Positions 29,394-39,650 of a stretch of DNA of 64,000 nucleotides are shown here, in pieces; position 1 is the stretch's first letter, and the number at the start of each line of letters is the position of its first letter. The notes under the pieces were generated by a model that had not been told where the DNA came from, searched no databases, and was given only the letters and a program-made list of their open reading frames with translations. Source of the stretch: Candidatus Magasanikiibacteriota bacterium (GTDB taxonomy: Bacteria > Patescibacteriota > Patescibacteriia > Magasanikbacterales > GWA2-37-8); contig CAWJAS010000001.1 of NCBI GenBank assembly GCA_963840935.1, forward strand, positions 320,875 to 384,874, read 5' to 3'. The translations under genes and the position numbers were made by a program.

Positions 29394-30983
29394 ATGAGCT
29401 ATAAACATAAACCGGTGGCGCTTATTATTCTAGACGGTCTTGGTGTGGCGCCGGCCGGCGAAGGTAACGCCGTTGAACTAGCAAAAAAACCGCGTCTTGA
29501 TGATTTTAAAAAGAATTTTCCTGTCTCCACTTTATTTGCTTCTGGCACTGAAGTCGGTTTGCCTTATGGTACAATGGGAACTTCCGAGGTCGGGCACTTG
29601 AATATTGGCGCCGGTCGAGTTTATTATCAAACACTTCCGCGCATTGATGCCGACATTACTAAGGGTGATTTTTTCACAAATCCGGCTTTTTTATCGGCTA
29701 TTGAGCATGCAAAAAAGCATAATTCAAAACTTCATTTGATGGGTCTGGTTTCTTGCGGAAAAGTTCATTCAAGCGATGAACACTTGTTTCATTTGCTTTC
29801 ATTGATTAAAAAACAAGGTCTATCCAAAAATGTTTTTGTACACGCGTTTTTAGACGGAAGAGATACAATATTTAATTCCGGAAAATTTTTTATTGAGAAT
29901 TTACTCAAGCAAATGAGTGATTTAAAGGTTGGTAAACTTGCTTCTCTTTCCGGTCGTTATTGGGCGATGGATCGTGATAATCATTGGGACAGAATAGAAA
30001 AAGTATATCGGTTGATGACTGTAGGACAGGCGGACAGAATGGCGATTGACCCGATTCAGGCGATTGAGGGCGCCTATGCCAATAAAAATTATGATGAAGA
30101 ATTTTTGCCCACCGTTTTAACCGATAAAAATAATAAACCGATTGCCCAAGTTGATGAAAATGACGCAATTATTTTTTTTAATTATCGTCCCGACAGAGCC
30201 AGAGAGTTGACAAAAGCTTTTGTTTTGCCGGAATTTAATAAGTTTGAAACAAAAAAACTTGATAATATTTTTTTCACCGCCATGGCTGAATACGAAAAAG
30301 ATTTGCCGGTAGATATGATTGCTTACCCTCCGGTCGTAATCATAAATAGTTTGGCGGAGGTTGTGAGTAAGGCCGGTTTAAAACAATTTCACATTGCGGA
30401 AACGGAAAAATACGCCCACATCACATTTTTTTTGAATGGCATGAAAGAGGATCCGTTCGCGGGGGAAGACAGAAAAATTATTCCATCTCCCAAAGTGTCG
30501 TCATTTGATCAGGTGCCGGAAATGTCGGCCCATGAAGTAACCAAAGAAACCATCAAAGCGGTTGAAAGTGATAAGTATGATTTAATTGCAATAAATTTTG
30601 CCAATCCCGATATGGTTGGTCATACGGGGAATTTGGAAGCAACAGTAAAAGCTGTTGAAGTAATTGACGAATGTGTCGGAAATATTGTTGACCATATTTT
30701 GGCCAAAAATGGCGCGGTAGTAATTACCGCCGACCACGGAAACGCGGAAGAAGTGGTTAATTTGCAGACCGGCGAAATTGATAAGGAGCATTCCAATAAT
30801 CCGGTGCCATTATATATTGTTTGCCAGGATTATTTGGGACAGGCCGGTCCGGCCGGAGACCCGCCGGAAGGGGATTTGAGTTTATTACCGCCGGTTGGAG
30901 TTTTGGCTGATGTGGCACCAACCGTTTTGAAATTAATGGGTGTTGAACAACCGGATGAAATGACAGGGAAGAGTTTAACCTAG
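29394..30983 (+). CDS. gpmI: 2,3-bisphosphoglycerate-independent phosphoglycerate mutase, copy 2
   Basis: LDGLG, GTSEVGH, LDGRD, GRYWAMDRD, AETEKYAHIT, NPDMVGH, TADHGN. Confidence 0.93.
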   Translation: MSYKHKPVALIILDGLGVAPAGEGNAVELAKKPRLDDFKKNFPVSTLFASGTEVGLPYGTMGTSEVGHLNIGAGRVYYQTLPRIDADITKGDFFTNPAFLSAIEHAKKHNSKLHLMGLVSCGKVHSSDEHLFHLLSLIKKQGLSKNVFVHAFLDGRDTIFNSGKFFIENLLKQMSDLKVGKLASLSGRYWAMDRDNHWDRIEKVYRLMTVGQADRMAIDPIQAIEGAYANKNYDEEFLPTVLTDKNNKPIAQVDENDAIIFFNYRPDRARELTKAFVLPEFNKFETKKLDNIFFTAMAEYEKDLPVDMIAYPPVVIINSLAEVVSKAGLKQFHIAETEKYAHITFFLNGMKEDPFAGEDRKIIPSPKVSSFDQVPEMSAHEVTKETIKAVESDKYDLIAINFANPDMVGHTGNLEATVKAVEVIDECVGNIVDHILAKNGAVVITADHGNAEEVVNLQTGEIDKEHSNNPVPLYIVCQDYLGQAGPAGDPPEGDLSLLPPVGVLADVAPTVLKLMGVEQPDEMTGKSLT

Positions 30984-32126
30984 AAAATTTAATGCTTGAA
31001 ATTGTTTTTTGATTTCATCTATAACGGCGCTTTCCGCTTCTTTAATGCTTTTACCGGAAATTGAGAATTCAACGGTTTTTTTATCGCCCTCCGGTTTAAA
31101 GAATTTTACCAGCTGTTTGGCGTCAAATTTTTTATCGACTGTGAGAAAAAAGCGGGTAGTGCCGTTATTTTTTTCGTCCTCATAAGCTATTAATATCAGT
31201 TTGGCGTCTGGTGAGTTGGCAATTAATTCAGAGACCAAATCCGGCAATTCTTTTGCCGTTGCTCCGGAGCGAGTAAAATCATCTCGTGTAATCATGGTTG
31301 AAACCAAGCCGATGGATTGATCTGTTTGTAAGTTATAAAGGGCGCGTCCCCATAATTTCAACGTGGAAATTGTTTTTGTGCGATATAAATTTTTAATTAT
31401 CATTTCTCGATCAGCCCCTATTTCCATCAGTTTGCCGGCCAGATTCAAAGTTGCCGGAGTGACACTGGGGGTTTTGAAACTTCTGGTACGAGCAATCATG
31501 CCGGTTAAAATGGATGTGGCTCTATCCGCGTCAGTATCAAGACCGATGTCAGTCATTGTTTTATAAATAATTTCAGATATGGAGCAGGCGGTTAAATCTA
31601 TTATATTCAAATTTCCAAAATGTTCGTTAGCCGGATTATTATCTATATTAATCAGGGGAGTGCGATAAAAAAGGTCTGTGTTGTTAAAAAATATATTACC
31701 AAGAGAATTAAGGTCGGCCGCGCCCAAAATAAAAATCAAATCATATTTATATCCGGTCTGCAGAGTGCGAATATTCTTTTTTCCAATAATGCCTTGACGG
31801 GGAGTTAAATGAATTGAAAGCCAGTTATCGGATATGTCATAACTTAGCGCATCAATTTTTATATCTGAAACGTCAACTTTTATGGTGAATTTATGTAAAT
31901 GCGATAATTCCGGTTTTATTGCATCAATTGATTTGAGATAGCCAAGCTCGGGAATAGGAGAATATCCGTCAGAAACAATTTCCGCTTTTTTTCCTTTTTT
32001 TTGCAAATAACTTTTTAACGCCAGGGCGGAAGAAATTGCATCGTGTTTTAAATCAATATTAAAAACAATCAGCGGGCGTTCGCTGTTTTCAATCAGCTTA
32101 TTTAATTGGTTTAGTTCATTAAACAT
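30975..32126 (-). CDS. DHH-family (NrnA-like) protein with degenerate catalytic motifs
   Basis: NrnA-like layout (DAISSALAL, INIDNNPANEHFG, ATSILTGMIARTRSF); DHH replaced by DNN; start at ATG 32126. Confidence 0.8.
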   Translation of the reverse strand: MFNELNQLNKLIENSERPLIVFNIDLKHDAISSALALKSYLQKKGKKAEIVSDGYSPIPELGYLKSIDAIKPELSHLHKFTIKVDVSDIKIDALSYDISDNWLSIHLTPRQGIIGKKNIRTLQTGYKYDLIFILGAADLNSLGNIFFNNTDLFYRTPLINIDNNPANEHFGNLNIIDLTACSISEIIYKTMTDIGLDTDADRATSILTGMIARTRSFKTPSVTPATLNLAGKLMEIGADREMIIKNLYRTKTISTLKLWGRALYNLQTDQSIGLVSTMITRDDFTRSGATAKELPDLVSELIANSPDAKLILIAYEDEKNNGTTRFFLTVDKKFDAKQLVKFFKPEGDKKTVEFSISGKSIKEAESAVIDEIKKQFQALNFLG

Positions 32127-32336
32127 AGAATTAGTGATTATATCTAATATATCGATTTTTGTCAATGCTATTTTTTTGGCTAACGATAAGCATTTTTTAT
32201 CGATTTTTATGGCATTTTGTTGTGATTATATGAGTATTTCTTGCTATTTACCCCGAAAACAAGTAAAATATATTGCATAAAGCCGTATAAAACGGCCATT
32301 TGAGATTACAATTTTTGCTATTATTGATTAAAAATT

Positions 32337-35006
32337 ATGGAATTGCCCAAGGCTTACGAACCGGCGAACTATGAAGATAATATATATGAAAAATGGATAA
32401 AATCCGGTTTTTTTAATCCTGATGTTTGCATTGAAAAAGACGTGGTAAAAAAGAACGCCCCCTTTTTTTCTATGGTTTTACCACCGCCGAATGTGACCGG
32501 AGTGTTGCACATGGGGCACGCGGCCATGCTTGCGATTGAAGACACAATGACCAGATATCACCGAATGAAAGGTGACAGGACTTTGTGGTTGCCGGGTACC
32601 GACCATGCGGCTATCGCCACACAAACAAAAGTGGAAAAATTACTGATGAATAAAGGTTTAAAAGACCCTAAAAAAGAATTGGGGCGTGAGAAATTTTTGG
32701 AGGAAGTAAATAATTTTGCTAAAGCTTCGCATGATACAATTATCAATCAATGCAAAAAAATGGGGTCAAGTTTGGATTGGAGCCGAGAAGCTTTCACACT
32801 AGACGAAAAACGTAATCTGGCGGTGCGAACGGTGTTTAAAAAAATGTATGATGACGGTTTGATTGAAAGAGGATACCGAATTGTTAATTGGTGTCCGCGT
32901 TGCCACTCAACGCTCGCTGACGACGAAGTTGAACACAAAGAGCAATCGGCAAAAATTTATACATTTAAATACTCGTCGGAATTCCCGTTTGCCATTGCCA
33001 CCACCAGACCGGAAACAAAACTTGGCGACACGGCCGTGGCTGTAAACCCAAAAGATAAAAGATACAAAAAATATATTGGTCAAATTTTTGAAATAAAAAC
33101 TTTTGCCGGAGGAACTGATTTAAAAATACAAATAATCGGAGATGAAGCGGTGGATATGGATTATGGCACCGGAGCGGTCGGTGTTACTCCGGCTCATAGC
33201 CATGTTGATTATGAAATGGCGCAAAAAAATAATTTGCCGATTATAAAAATTATTGATGAAGATGGAAAAATGACAAGTGAAGCCGGTAACACCTACGCCG
33301 GTTTGACCGTCAAGGAAGCGCGCAAGAAAGTAGTCGAATATTTGCAAGCGAATGATTTGCTTATTGAAGAAAAAGACGCGCCGAATAATTTGTCGGTTTG
33401 CTATCGTTGTGAAGCGCCGATTGAGCCGTTGCCGTCGCGTCAATGGTTTATTAAAGTGAACAAAGAATTTGAAATGGGACCGTCAAAAATTAAGGGCGTA
33501 AAAAAGGGCGACAAAACAACATTAAAAAAGCTAATGCTTGCATCGGTTAAAAGCGGGCAAATTAAAATTATTCCGGATAGATTCGAGAAAACATATTTTC
33601 ATTGGATTGAAAATTTGCACGACTGGTGTATTTCGCGCCAAATTTGGTATGGCCATCAATTGCCGGTTTGGTATCGCGGAGAAGAAATCTTTGTCGGTCT
33701 TGATGCGCCTGAAGGTGATGACTGGCAACAAGACCCGGATACTTTAGACACTTGGTTCAGTTCCGGACTTTGGACTTTTTCCACATTGGGCTGGCCGGAT
33801 TTGGATGTTGAAGATTTTCAAAATTTCCACCCCACTTCAATGCTTGAAACAGGTTATGATATTCTGTTTTTTTGGGTAGCGCGGATGATTCTTATGAGTA
33901 ATTATGTTTTGGGCGATATTCCTTTTGAAACTGTTTATTTGCACGGACTTGTGCGTGATGAACAGGGGCGGAAAATGAGTAAAACCCTGGGCAATGTGAT
34001 TGACCCGCTTGATATGATTGCCAAATACGGTGCGGATGCCACTCGCTTGTCGCTTCTTGTTGGTAATACGCCGGGCAATGATTTGAAATTGTCTGAAGAA
34101 AAAATCGCCGGCTTCAGAAATTTTACCAATAAGCTTTGGAACATATCCAGATTTATACTTTTAAATATCGCTGACCCAAAAATTAGCATAAAAGAACCAA
34201 AAGCAAAAACATTAGCGGATGAATGGATTTTGAGCAGACTCGATGACATTATTGATTTAACCACAAAAAACATTGAACAAAATAATTTTTCTTATGCCGG
34301 AGAGCAATTGCGCGATTTTACTTGGAGCGATTTAGCTGATTGGTATTTGGAAATAGCCAAAATAGAAGGTGATAAATCTGAAATTTTAAATTATGTTTTG
34401 AATACGGTAATAAAACTCTGGCATCCGTTTATGCCATTTGTGACCGAGGCGGTTTGGCGAGAGATGTACGGAGAAGACCAGATGCTTATGGTGGAAGTTT
34501 GGCCTGTTAGTGGTATGGTGAGGAATAAAGTTGCGAAGAAGTCTATTGATTTTGAAACAATAAAAAGCATTATTACCAATATTCGTTCGCTTCGCGCTGA
34601 ATATAAAATTGAACCGGCAAAAAAAATAAAAGCGACGATTAGCGCCGGTGATAAAGAAAAATTATTACTCAATAACGACGAGATTATTAAAGGTTTGGCG
34701 CGTTTGGAAAATTTAATAATTTCTAAAAAAACTGAACGACCTGAGGGATCGGTTGGTTTTGTTGAAAATGGCGTAGAGGTCTTTGTGGATTTATCCGGTT
34801 TGGTAGATTTTGATAAAGAAAAAAAACGTTTAGAGGAAGACATCTTAACAACTGAAAAATATTTTTCCGGCGTTAAAAATAAATTATCCAATAAAGAATT
34901 TGTGAAAAACGCCCCGAAAGAAATCATTGAAAAAGAAAAACAAAAAATGACCGAAGCTGAAGATAAAATCTTAAAATTGCGCAATCAATTAGAAAATATT
35001 TCTTAA
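32337..35006 (+). CDS. valS: Valine-tRNA ligase
   Basis: PPPNVTGVLHMGH, DWCISRQ, KMSK, C-terminal coiled coil. Confidence 0.98.
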   Translation: MELPKAYEPANYEDNIYEKWIKSGFFNPDVCIEKDVVKKNAPFFSMVLPPPNVTGVLHMGHAAMLAIEDTMTRYHRMKGDRTLWLPGTDHAAIATQTKVEKLLMNKGLKDPKKELGREKFLEEVNNFAKASHDTIINQCKKMGSSLDWSREAFTLDEKRNLAVRTVFKKMYDDGLIERGYRIVNWCPRCHSTLADDEVEHKEQSAKIYTFKYSSEFPFAIATTRPETKLGDTAVAVNPKDKRYKKYIGQIFEIKTFAGGTDLKIQIIGDEAVDMDYGTGAVGVTPAHSHVDYEMAQKNNLPIIKIIDEDGKMTSEAGNTYAGLTVKEARKKVVEYLQANDLLIEEKDAPNNLSVCYRCEAPIEPLPSRQWFIKVNKEFEMGPSKIKGVKKGDKTTLKKLMLASVKSGQIKIIPDRFEKTYFHWIENLHDWCISRQIWYGHQLPVWYRGEEIFVGLDAPEGDDWQQDPDTLDTWFSSGLWTFSTLGWPDLDVEDFQNFHPTSMLETGYDILFFWVARMILMSNYVLGDIPFETVYLHGLVRDEQGRKMSKTLGNVIDPLDMIAKYGADATRLSLLVGNTPGNDLKLSEEKIAGFRNFTNKLWNISRFILLNIADPKISIKEPKAKTLADEWILSRLDDIIDLTTKNIEQNNFSYAGEQLRDFTWSDLADWYLEIAKIEGDKSEILNYVLNTVIKLWHPFMPFVTEAVWREMYGEDQMLMVEVWPVSGMVRNKVAKKSIDFETIKSIITNIRSLRAEYKIEPAKKIKATISAGDKEKLLLNNDEIIKGLARLENLIISKKTERPEGSVGFVENGVEVFVDLSGLVDFDKEKKRLEEDILTTEKYFSGVKNKLSNKEFVKNAPKEIIEKEKQKMTEAEDKILKLRNQLENIS

Positions 35007-35010
35007 TAAT

Positions 35011-36195
35011 ATGAAGATAATCACAGACGAGCAAAAAATCAATGAACTGTTAACACGTGGTGTTGAAAATATTTACCCCAAAAAAGAATTTTTGGAGTCG
35101 CTTCTAAAATCCGGTAAACAATTAACTCTTTATACCGGTTACGATCCGACCGCGCCAAGTTTGCATATTGGTCATGCCATAACAATGATGAAACTACGCC
35201 AGTTTCAGGATTTAGGACACAAAGTTATTATGCTTATCGGTGATTTTACCGGCATGATCGGTGACCCTTCGGATAAATTGTCTGCGCGTAAACAGCAGAC
35301 GCGAGAAGAAGTAAAAAAGAATTTTATCGGTTGGAAAAAACAATCATCATCAATATTAAAATATGACGGTGATAATCCAGTGGAAATTAAATATAATAGT
35401 GAGTGGCATAAAAAATTATCTTTTGAAGATGTGGTTAATCTCGCCTCTCATTTTACGGTGCAACAAATGTTGGAGCGCGACATGTTTCAAAGAAGAATTG
35501 AAGAGGGAAAGCCGATTTATGTGCATGAATTTATGTATCCGCTTATGCAGGGTTATGATAGTGTTGCCATGGACGTGGACGGAGAGGTCGGGGGGAATGA
35601 TCAGACGTTTAATATGCTTGCCGGCAGAGATTTGATGAAAGATTTGAAAAATAAGGAAAAATTCGTTTTGACCACAAAATTGTTGGCCGATACTTCGGGT
35701 AAAAAAATGAGCAAAAGCGAGGGTAACGCAATATTTTTAACTGATGCTCCCGAAGAAATTTTTGGCAAAGTAATGAGTTGGACAGATGGAATGATTGAAA
35801 TCGGTTTTGAACTGTGCACGTGGCTCATTACGGATGAAATTAAAAAAATTATTAAAGAAAAAGAAAATCCGCGTGATCAAAAATTACGATTAGCCTTTGA
35901 GGTGGTTAAAACGTTTGTGGGCGAAAAAGAAGCCGGAATTGCCCAAGAGCATTTTATTAGTCAGTTTGCTAAAAAAGAAATTCCGGATGATATGCCCGAG
36001 GTGAAAGCGTCTGATATTATGTCGGCCTTAATAGGCACAAAAATCTGCAAAAGCAAATCAGAGGCGCGTCAGGTGATTGACCAGGGTGGTGTAAAAATAA
36101 ACGAAAAAAAGGTGGAAGCGGGCGATTACACGGCCATGGTTAAAGCAGGCGACATAATTCAAAAAGGTAGTCGCTGGTTTGCGCGCGTAAAATAA
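35011..36195 (+). CDS. tyrS: Tyrosine-tRNA ligase
   Basis: GYDPTAPSLHIGH, YPLMQGYD, KMSKS, S4 domain. Confidence 0.98.
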   Translation: MKIITDEQKINELLTRGVENIYPKKEFLESLLKSGKQLTLYTGYDPTAPSLHIGHAITMMKLRQFQDLGHKVIMLIGDFTGMIGDPSDKLSARKQQTREEVKKNFIGWKKQSSSILKYDGDNPVEIKYNSEWHKKLSFEDVVNLASHFTVQQMLERDMFQRRIEEGKPIYVHEFMYPLMQGYDSVAMDVDGEVGGNDQTFNMLAGRDLMKDLKNKEKFVLTTKLLADTSGKKMSKSEGNAIFLTDAPEEIFGKVMSWTDGMIEIGFELCTWLITDEIKKIIKEKENPRDQKLRLAFEVVKTFVGEKEAGIAQEHFISQFAKKEIPDDMPEVKASDIMSALIGTKICKSKSEARQVIDQGGVKINEKKVEAGDYTAMVKAGDIIQKGSRWFARVK

Positions 36196-36196
36196 T

Positions 36197-37885
36197 ATGG
36201 ATGAAATAAAAAAAATAATCATTGATTTATTGAAATCAGCCGGAGTTTCCGGCGATATTGAGTTGTCATCCCCGCCAAAGCCGGAAATGGGGGATTTTTG
36301 TTTTGCTTGTTTTGATATGGCAAAAAAAAATCAGAGCAATCCTCAGCAAGAAGCGCGAGATTTATTAGAAAAAATTAAACATAGTAAAATTATAAACAAT
36401 GTTGAAGCGAATGGGCCATATTTGAATTTTTTTGTAAATTCCGGCATGGCAGTAAAAATATTATTGGAATCAATAATTAAACAGAATAAGAATAAACTTC
36501 CAAATATTGGCCAGCATGGGAAGGTAGTAATTGAGTATCCGTCAAACAACACGCACAAAGAATTGCACATAGGGCATTTACGCAATATTTGTATTGGAAA
36601 TTCTTTGGTTCGATTGTTTAAGCATAGCGGATATAATGTTCAGCCGATAAATTATATTAATGATTTTGGCGCTCATGTGGCTAAATGTCTTTGGGGTTTA
36701 ATCAAATTCCACAATAAAGAAAAACCGCCGGCTAACAAACAAAAATGGCTTGGTGAAATATATGCCGAGGCCGGCAAGTATCTTGAAGAGCATCCTGAAT
36801 CAAAAAGTGAAGTCCAAGAAATTCAAAAAAAATTAGAAGCAGGCGATAAACAAATAATGCCAATATATTTGCGCACAAGAAAATGGAGTTTAGAACAATT
36901 TGAAAAAATTTATAAACAACTTGGTGTTTATCATAAACGAACATTTTTTGAAAAAGAAGTTAAAAAATCCGGTCAAAAAATGGTGGATAGTTTGATAAAA
37001 AGTGGAATAGCTAAAACAGGAGAAGGAGGAGCGATTATTGTTGATTTGTCTGGCTATGGACTAGATGTTGCTTTGTTGAGAAAAAGTGATGGCACCGGTT
37101 TATATTTGACTTCCGACTTGGGTTTGGCGTTAGGGAAAGATTTGTTTTTTAAGGATTATAGTGAAAGTATCCATTTGACCGGCACGGAGCAAAATTTTTA
37201 TTTTAAACAACTTTTTAAACTACTTGAGTTGGCCGGTTATAAATTCAAGATGACTCATATTGGTTATGGTTTAGTTAGTTTAGCTGAAGGAAAAATGTCT
37301 TCGCGAAGTGGTCGTGTTGTTTTGTATGAAGATGTCTGGAAAATGGTCTGCGATAAGGCGTTATTGGAAACTGCCAATCGCCATCCTGATTGGAGTGGAA
37401 AAAAAATAGAAAAAACTGCTCAAATTATTGCGATGGCGGCAATAAAATTTGATTTTTTGAAACACGAGTCCGTCAAGGTTATGGTTTTTGATCCGGCAAC
37501 GGCATTGTCATTTGATGGTTTTACCGGTCCTTATATTCTTTATACGATTGCGCGCGTTAATAGCATGATTTGCAAGAAAAAAACACGGGTGCGCAAAGCT
37601 GATTTGAATTTACTGGTTGAACCAGAAGAAAAAAGATTGGCTATTAAAATGGCTGATTTGGATAGTGCGACGATTAAAGCGACGGCAAATTACAATCCTT
37701 CGATTATTGCCAAATATGCTTTTGATACAGCGAAGCTATATAATGATTTTTATAATAAGCACAGTGTATTAAAAGCCGAAACCAAAGAACTGGTGAGCGC
37801 TCGTCTGAGTTTGTCTTTAGCGGTGAAAAATATTTTGACCAAAGCTTTGGAACTGCTCTCTATTGAAACTGTTAAGGAAATGTAA
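36197..37885 (+). CDS. argS: Arginine-tRNA ligase
   Basis: LHIGHLRN, KSDGTGLYLTSD, KMSSRSG, C-terminal KEM. Confidence 0.97.
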   Translation: MDEIKKIIIDLLKSAGVSGDIELSSPPKPEMGDFCFACFDMAKKNQSNPQQEARDLLEKIKHSKIINNVEANGPYLNFFVNSGMAVKILLESIIKQNKNKLPNIGQHGKVVIEYPSNNTHKELHIGHLRNICIGNSLVRLFKHSGYNVQPINYINDFGAHVAKCLWGLIKFHNKEKPPANKQKWLGEIYAEAGKYLEEHPESKSEVQEIQKKLEAGDKQIMPIYLRTRKWSLEQFEKIYKQLGVYHKRTFFEKEVKKSGQKMVDSLIKSGIAKTGEGGAIIVDLSGYGLDVALLRKSDGTGLYLTSDLGLALGKDLFFKDYSESIHLTGTEQNFYFKQLFKLLELAGYKFKMTHIGYGLVSLAEGKMSSRSGRVVLYEDVWKMVCDKALLETANRHPDWSGKKIEKTAQIIAMAAIKFDFLKHESVKVMVFDPATALSFDGFTGPYILYTIARVNSMICKKKTRVRKADLNLLVEPEEKRLAIKMADLDSATIKATANYNPSIIAKYAFDTAKLYNDFYNKHSVLKAETKELVSARLSLSLAVKNILTKALELLSIETVKEM

Positions 37886-37975
37886 TTATTGTATCTGTCG
37901 GTTATCCACACTTCAAAAAAACGCTGAAAAGGTGTATCATATTATCAGATATTAATTTTATAATTATTCAATATT

Positions 37976-38470
37976 ATGATTTTCAAACGCCAAACAAATC
38001 AAGAGGTTCCCGAGGAATTGGAAGAAGAATTGGTTGAAGAAGAAATATATGATGAAAGCGGTCATTCGCCGGATGATAATGTCGATACGGTCGTCGGGCC
38101 TTCGGTAAACGTTGAAGGTGATTTTGCTTCAGACGGTAATATTATTGTGAAAGGCACGGTAACCGGAAGCGTGAATACAAGCAAGAATTTGCTGGTGGAG
38201 CCCGGAGCCAAAATAGTGGCCAATGTAAAAGCCGGAAGCGCCACTATTGCCGGAGAAGTCCGTGGTAATATGAAAGTCAAAGAATATGTTGAATTAACTT
38301 CAACGGCGAGAGTTGTTGGCGACATTGAGACAAAAACGATTGCCGTAGAAGCCGGAGCTTTAATTTATGGAAAAATCGCCATGCCCGGATTGGAGTCAGG
38401 CGAATTAAAGGGACGTTCAAACAGGTCAAGAAAAAGCGGGAATATAAATATTCAGCCAATGGATGAATAG
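37976..38470 (+). CDS. Bactofilin (polymer-forming cytoskeletal protein)
   Basis: TVVGPSVNVEGD...IVKGTVTG...TIAGEVRGN...VVGDI beta-helix repeats. Confidence 0.9.
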   Translation: MIFKRQTNQEVPEELEEELVEEEIYDESGHSPDDNVDTVVGPSVNVEGDFASDGNIIVKGTVTGSVNTSKNLLVEPGAKIVANVKAGSATIAGEVRGNMKVKEYVELTSTARVVGDIETKTIAVEAGALIYGKIAMPGLESGELKGRSNRSRKSGNINIQPMDE

Positions 38471-38493
38471 GGGGGATAAACAGAAAATAAGTT

Positions 38494-39258
38494 ATGTACG
38501 TTTATCTCTATGATAATTATTTAAACGGCAAGAAATACAATTCCTTGCTCAAACAAATTGAAATTAATTTGGTTGATTATGGAATTGCCGGAAAAATTTT
38601 GCGTTTGAATAATTATATTGATGTTAAGCCGGTCATTGAAGATGAAATCAAGAGGGGGGCGAAAAACATTGTTATTGTCGGCAATGACAGGACTTTTGGT
38701 CATGTATTATCACGCGGTGCAACTTGCGACGCGGTTTTTGGTTTTTTGCCCGTTGGCCCCGATAATACCATCGCAGAAATTTTGGGAATTCCAGAGGGCT
38801 TATCGGCAGTTGATGTTTTGGCCAAGAGAAGAAAAGAAAAATTGGATGTTGGTTGGTTTAATAATCGTTTTTTTGTTTCGCAATTGCATGTTTTGCCGGC
38901 CAAAGTCAGAGTTATTTACGATGAAAAATTTCAGGTGTCAACACCCTTTAAAATGGAAGTAGTGGTGTGTAATTTTCAGCCCTTCTATTGGAAAAGAAAT
39001 AAAAAAGACAACGAAGAATTCGTGGTTCATCCGCAAGATGGAAAACTGGAAGCGTTTCTCAGGCCATTGACAAAAACCGGTTGGTTCGGCTATAAATATG
39101 AAGACCCGAGTATATTTCCTTTTGAAGAAATGGAAATAATCGGGGAAAGCCCTTTTATTGTTGAAGCTGACGGCAAATCAACCAAAGAAGTAAAGGTCAA
39201 AATTAAATTGGCAAAAAATAAAGTATCAATGATTGTCGGCAGAGAAAGACGTTTTTAG
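38494..39258 (+). CDS. Diacylglycerol kinase family protein (divergent)
   Basis: IVIVGNDRT, FLPVGPDNTIAEILGIP, HPQDGKLE, EADG. Confidence 0.75.
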   Translation: MYVYLYDNYLNGKKYNSLLKQIEINLVDYGIAGKILRLNNYIDVKPVIEDEIKRGAKNIVIVGNDRTFGHVLSRGATCDAVFGFLPVGPDNTIAEILGIPEGLSAVDVLAKRRKEKLDVGWFNNRFFVSQLHVLPAKVRVIYDEKFQVSTPFKMEVVVCNFQPFYWKRNKKDNEEFVVHPQDGKLEAFLRPLTKTGWFGYKYEDPSIFPFEEMEIIGESPFIVEADGKSTKEVKVKIKLAKNKVSMIVGRERRF

Positions 39259-39264
39259 TTTAAC

Positions 39265-39346
39265 GCGCGGGTGGCGAAATTGGTAAACGCACTACCTTGA
39301 GGTGGTAGCGCCGAAAGGCTTGGAGGTTCGAGTCCTCTCTCGCGCA
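39265..39346 (+). tRNA. tRNA-Leu(GAG)
   Basis: Acceptor GCGCGGG/CTCGCGC, D arm, anticodon arm CTACC-TTGAGGT-GGTAG, long variable arm, GGAGG-TTCGAGT-CCTCT; followed by CAA, not CCA. Confidence 0.95.
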
Positions 39347-39347
39347 C

Positions 39348-39517
39348 AAGCGAGCCAATAGTTTGGCTCGCGTGAGGACGAGAACGCCGGAGCGATGTTT
39401 GGTGAGCTTGCGAGCGAACCAAACCGCGAGGCGGCGGCTAGTCCCGAAGGGATCCCTTTGGGAACCGCCGAGCCGGAAGGCGAGGCGAGTCGGAGCCGAG
39501 TCCTCTCTCGCGCACCA
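39348..39517 (+). repeat. tRNA-associated structured element ending in a 19-bp duplicate of the tRNA 3' end that is completed to CCA
   Basis: CGAGTCCTCTCTCGCGCAC at 39329-39347 and 39497-39515. Confidence 0.85.
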
Positions 39518-39530
39518 ATAATAAAAAACT

Positions 39531-39561
39531 AAACATCACCCTTATCAGGGTGATGTTTTTT
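39531..39561. terminator. Bidirectional terminator
   Basis: aaacatcaccct-tatc-agggtgatgtttttt. Confidence 0.8.
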
Positions 39562-39650
39562 CTAAACTGCTCTCGCTCAAGATGAAAATTATCCATCACG
39601 CGCGAGATGCGAGCAGTCTAGAAGAATGACTGGACGCAGAGCTCGGAAAA

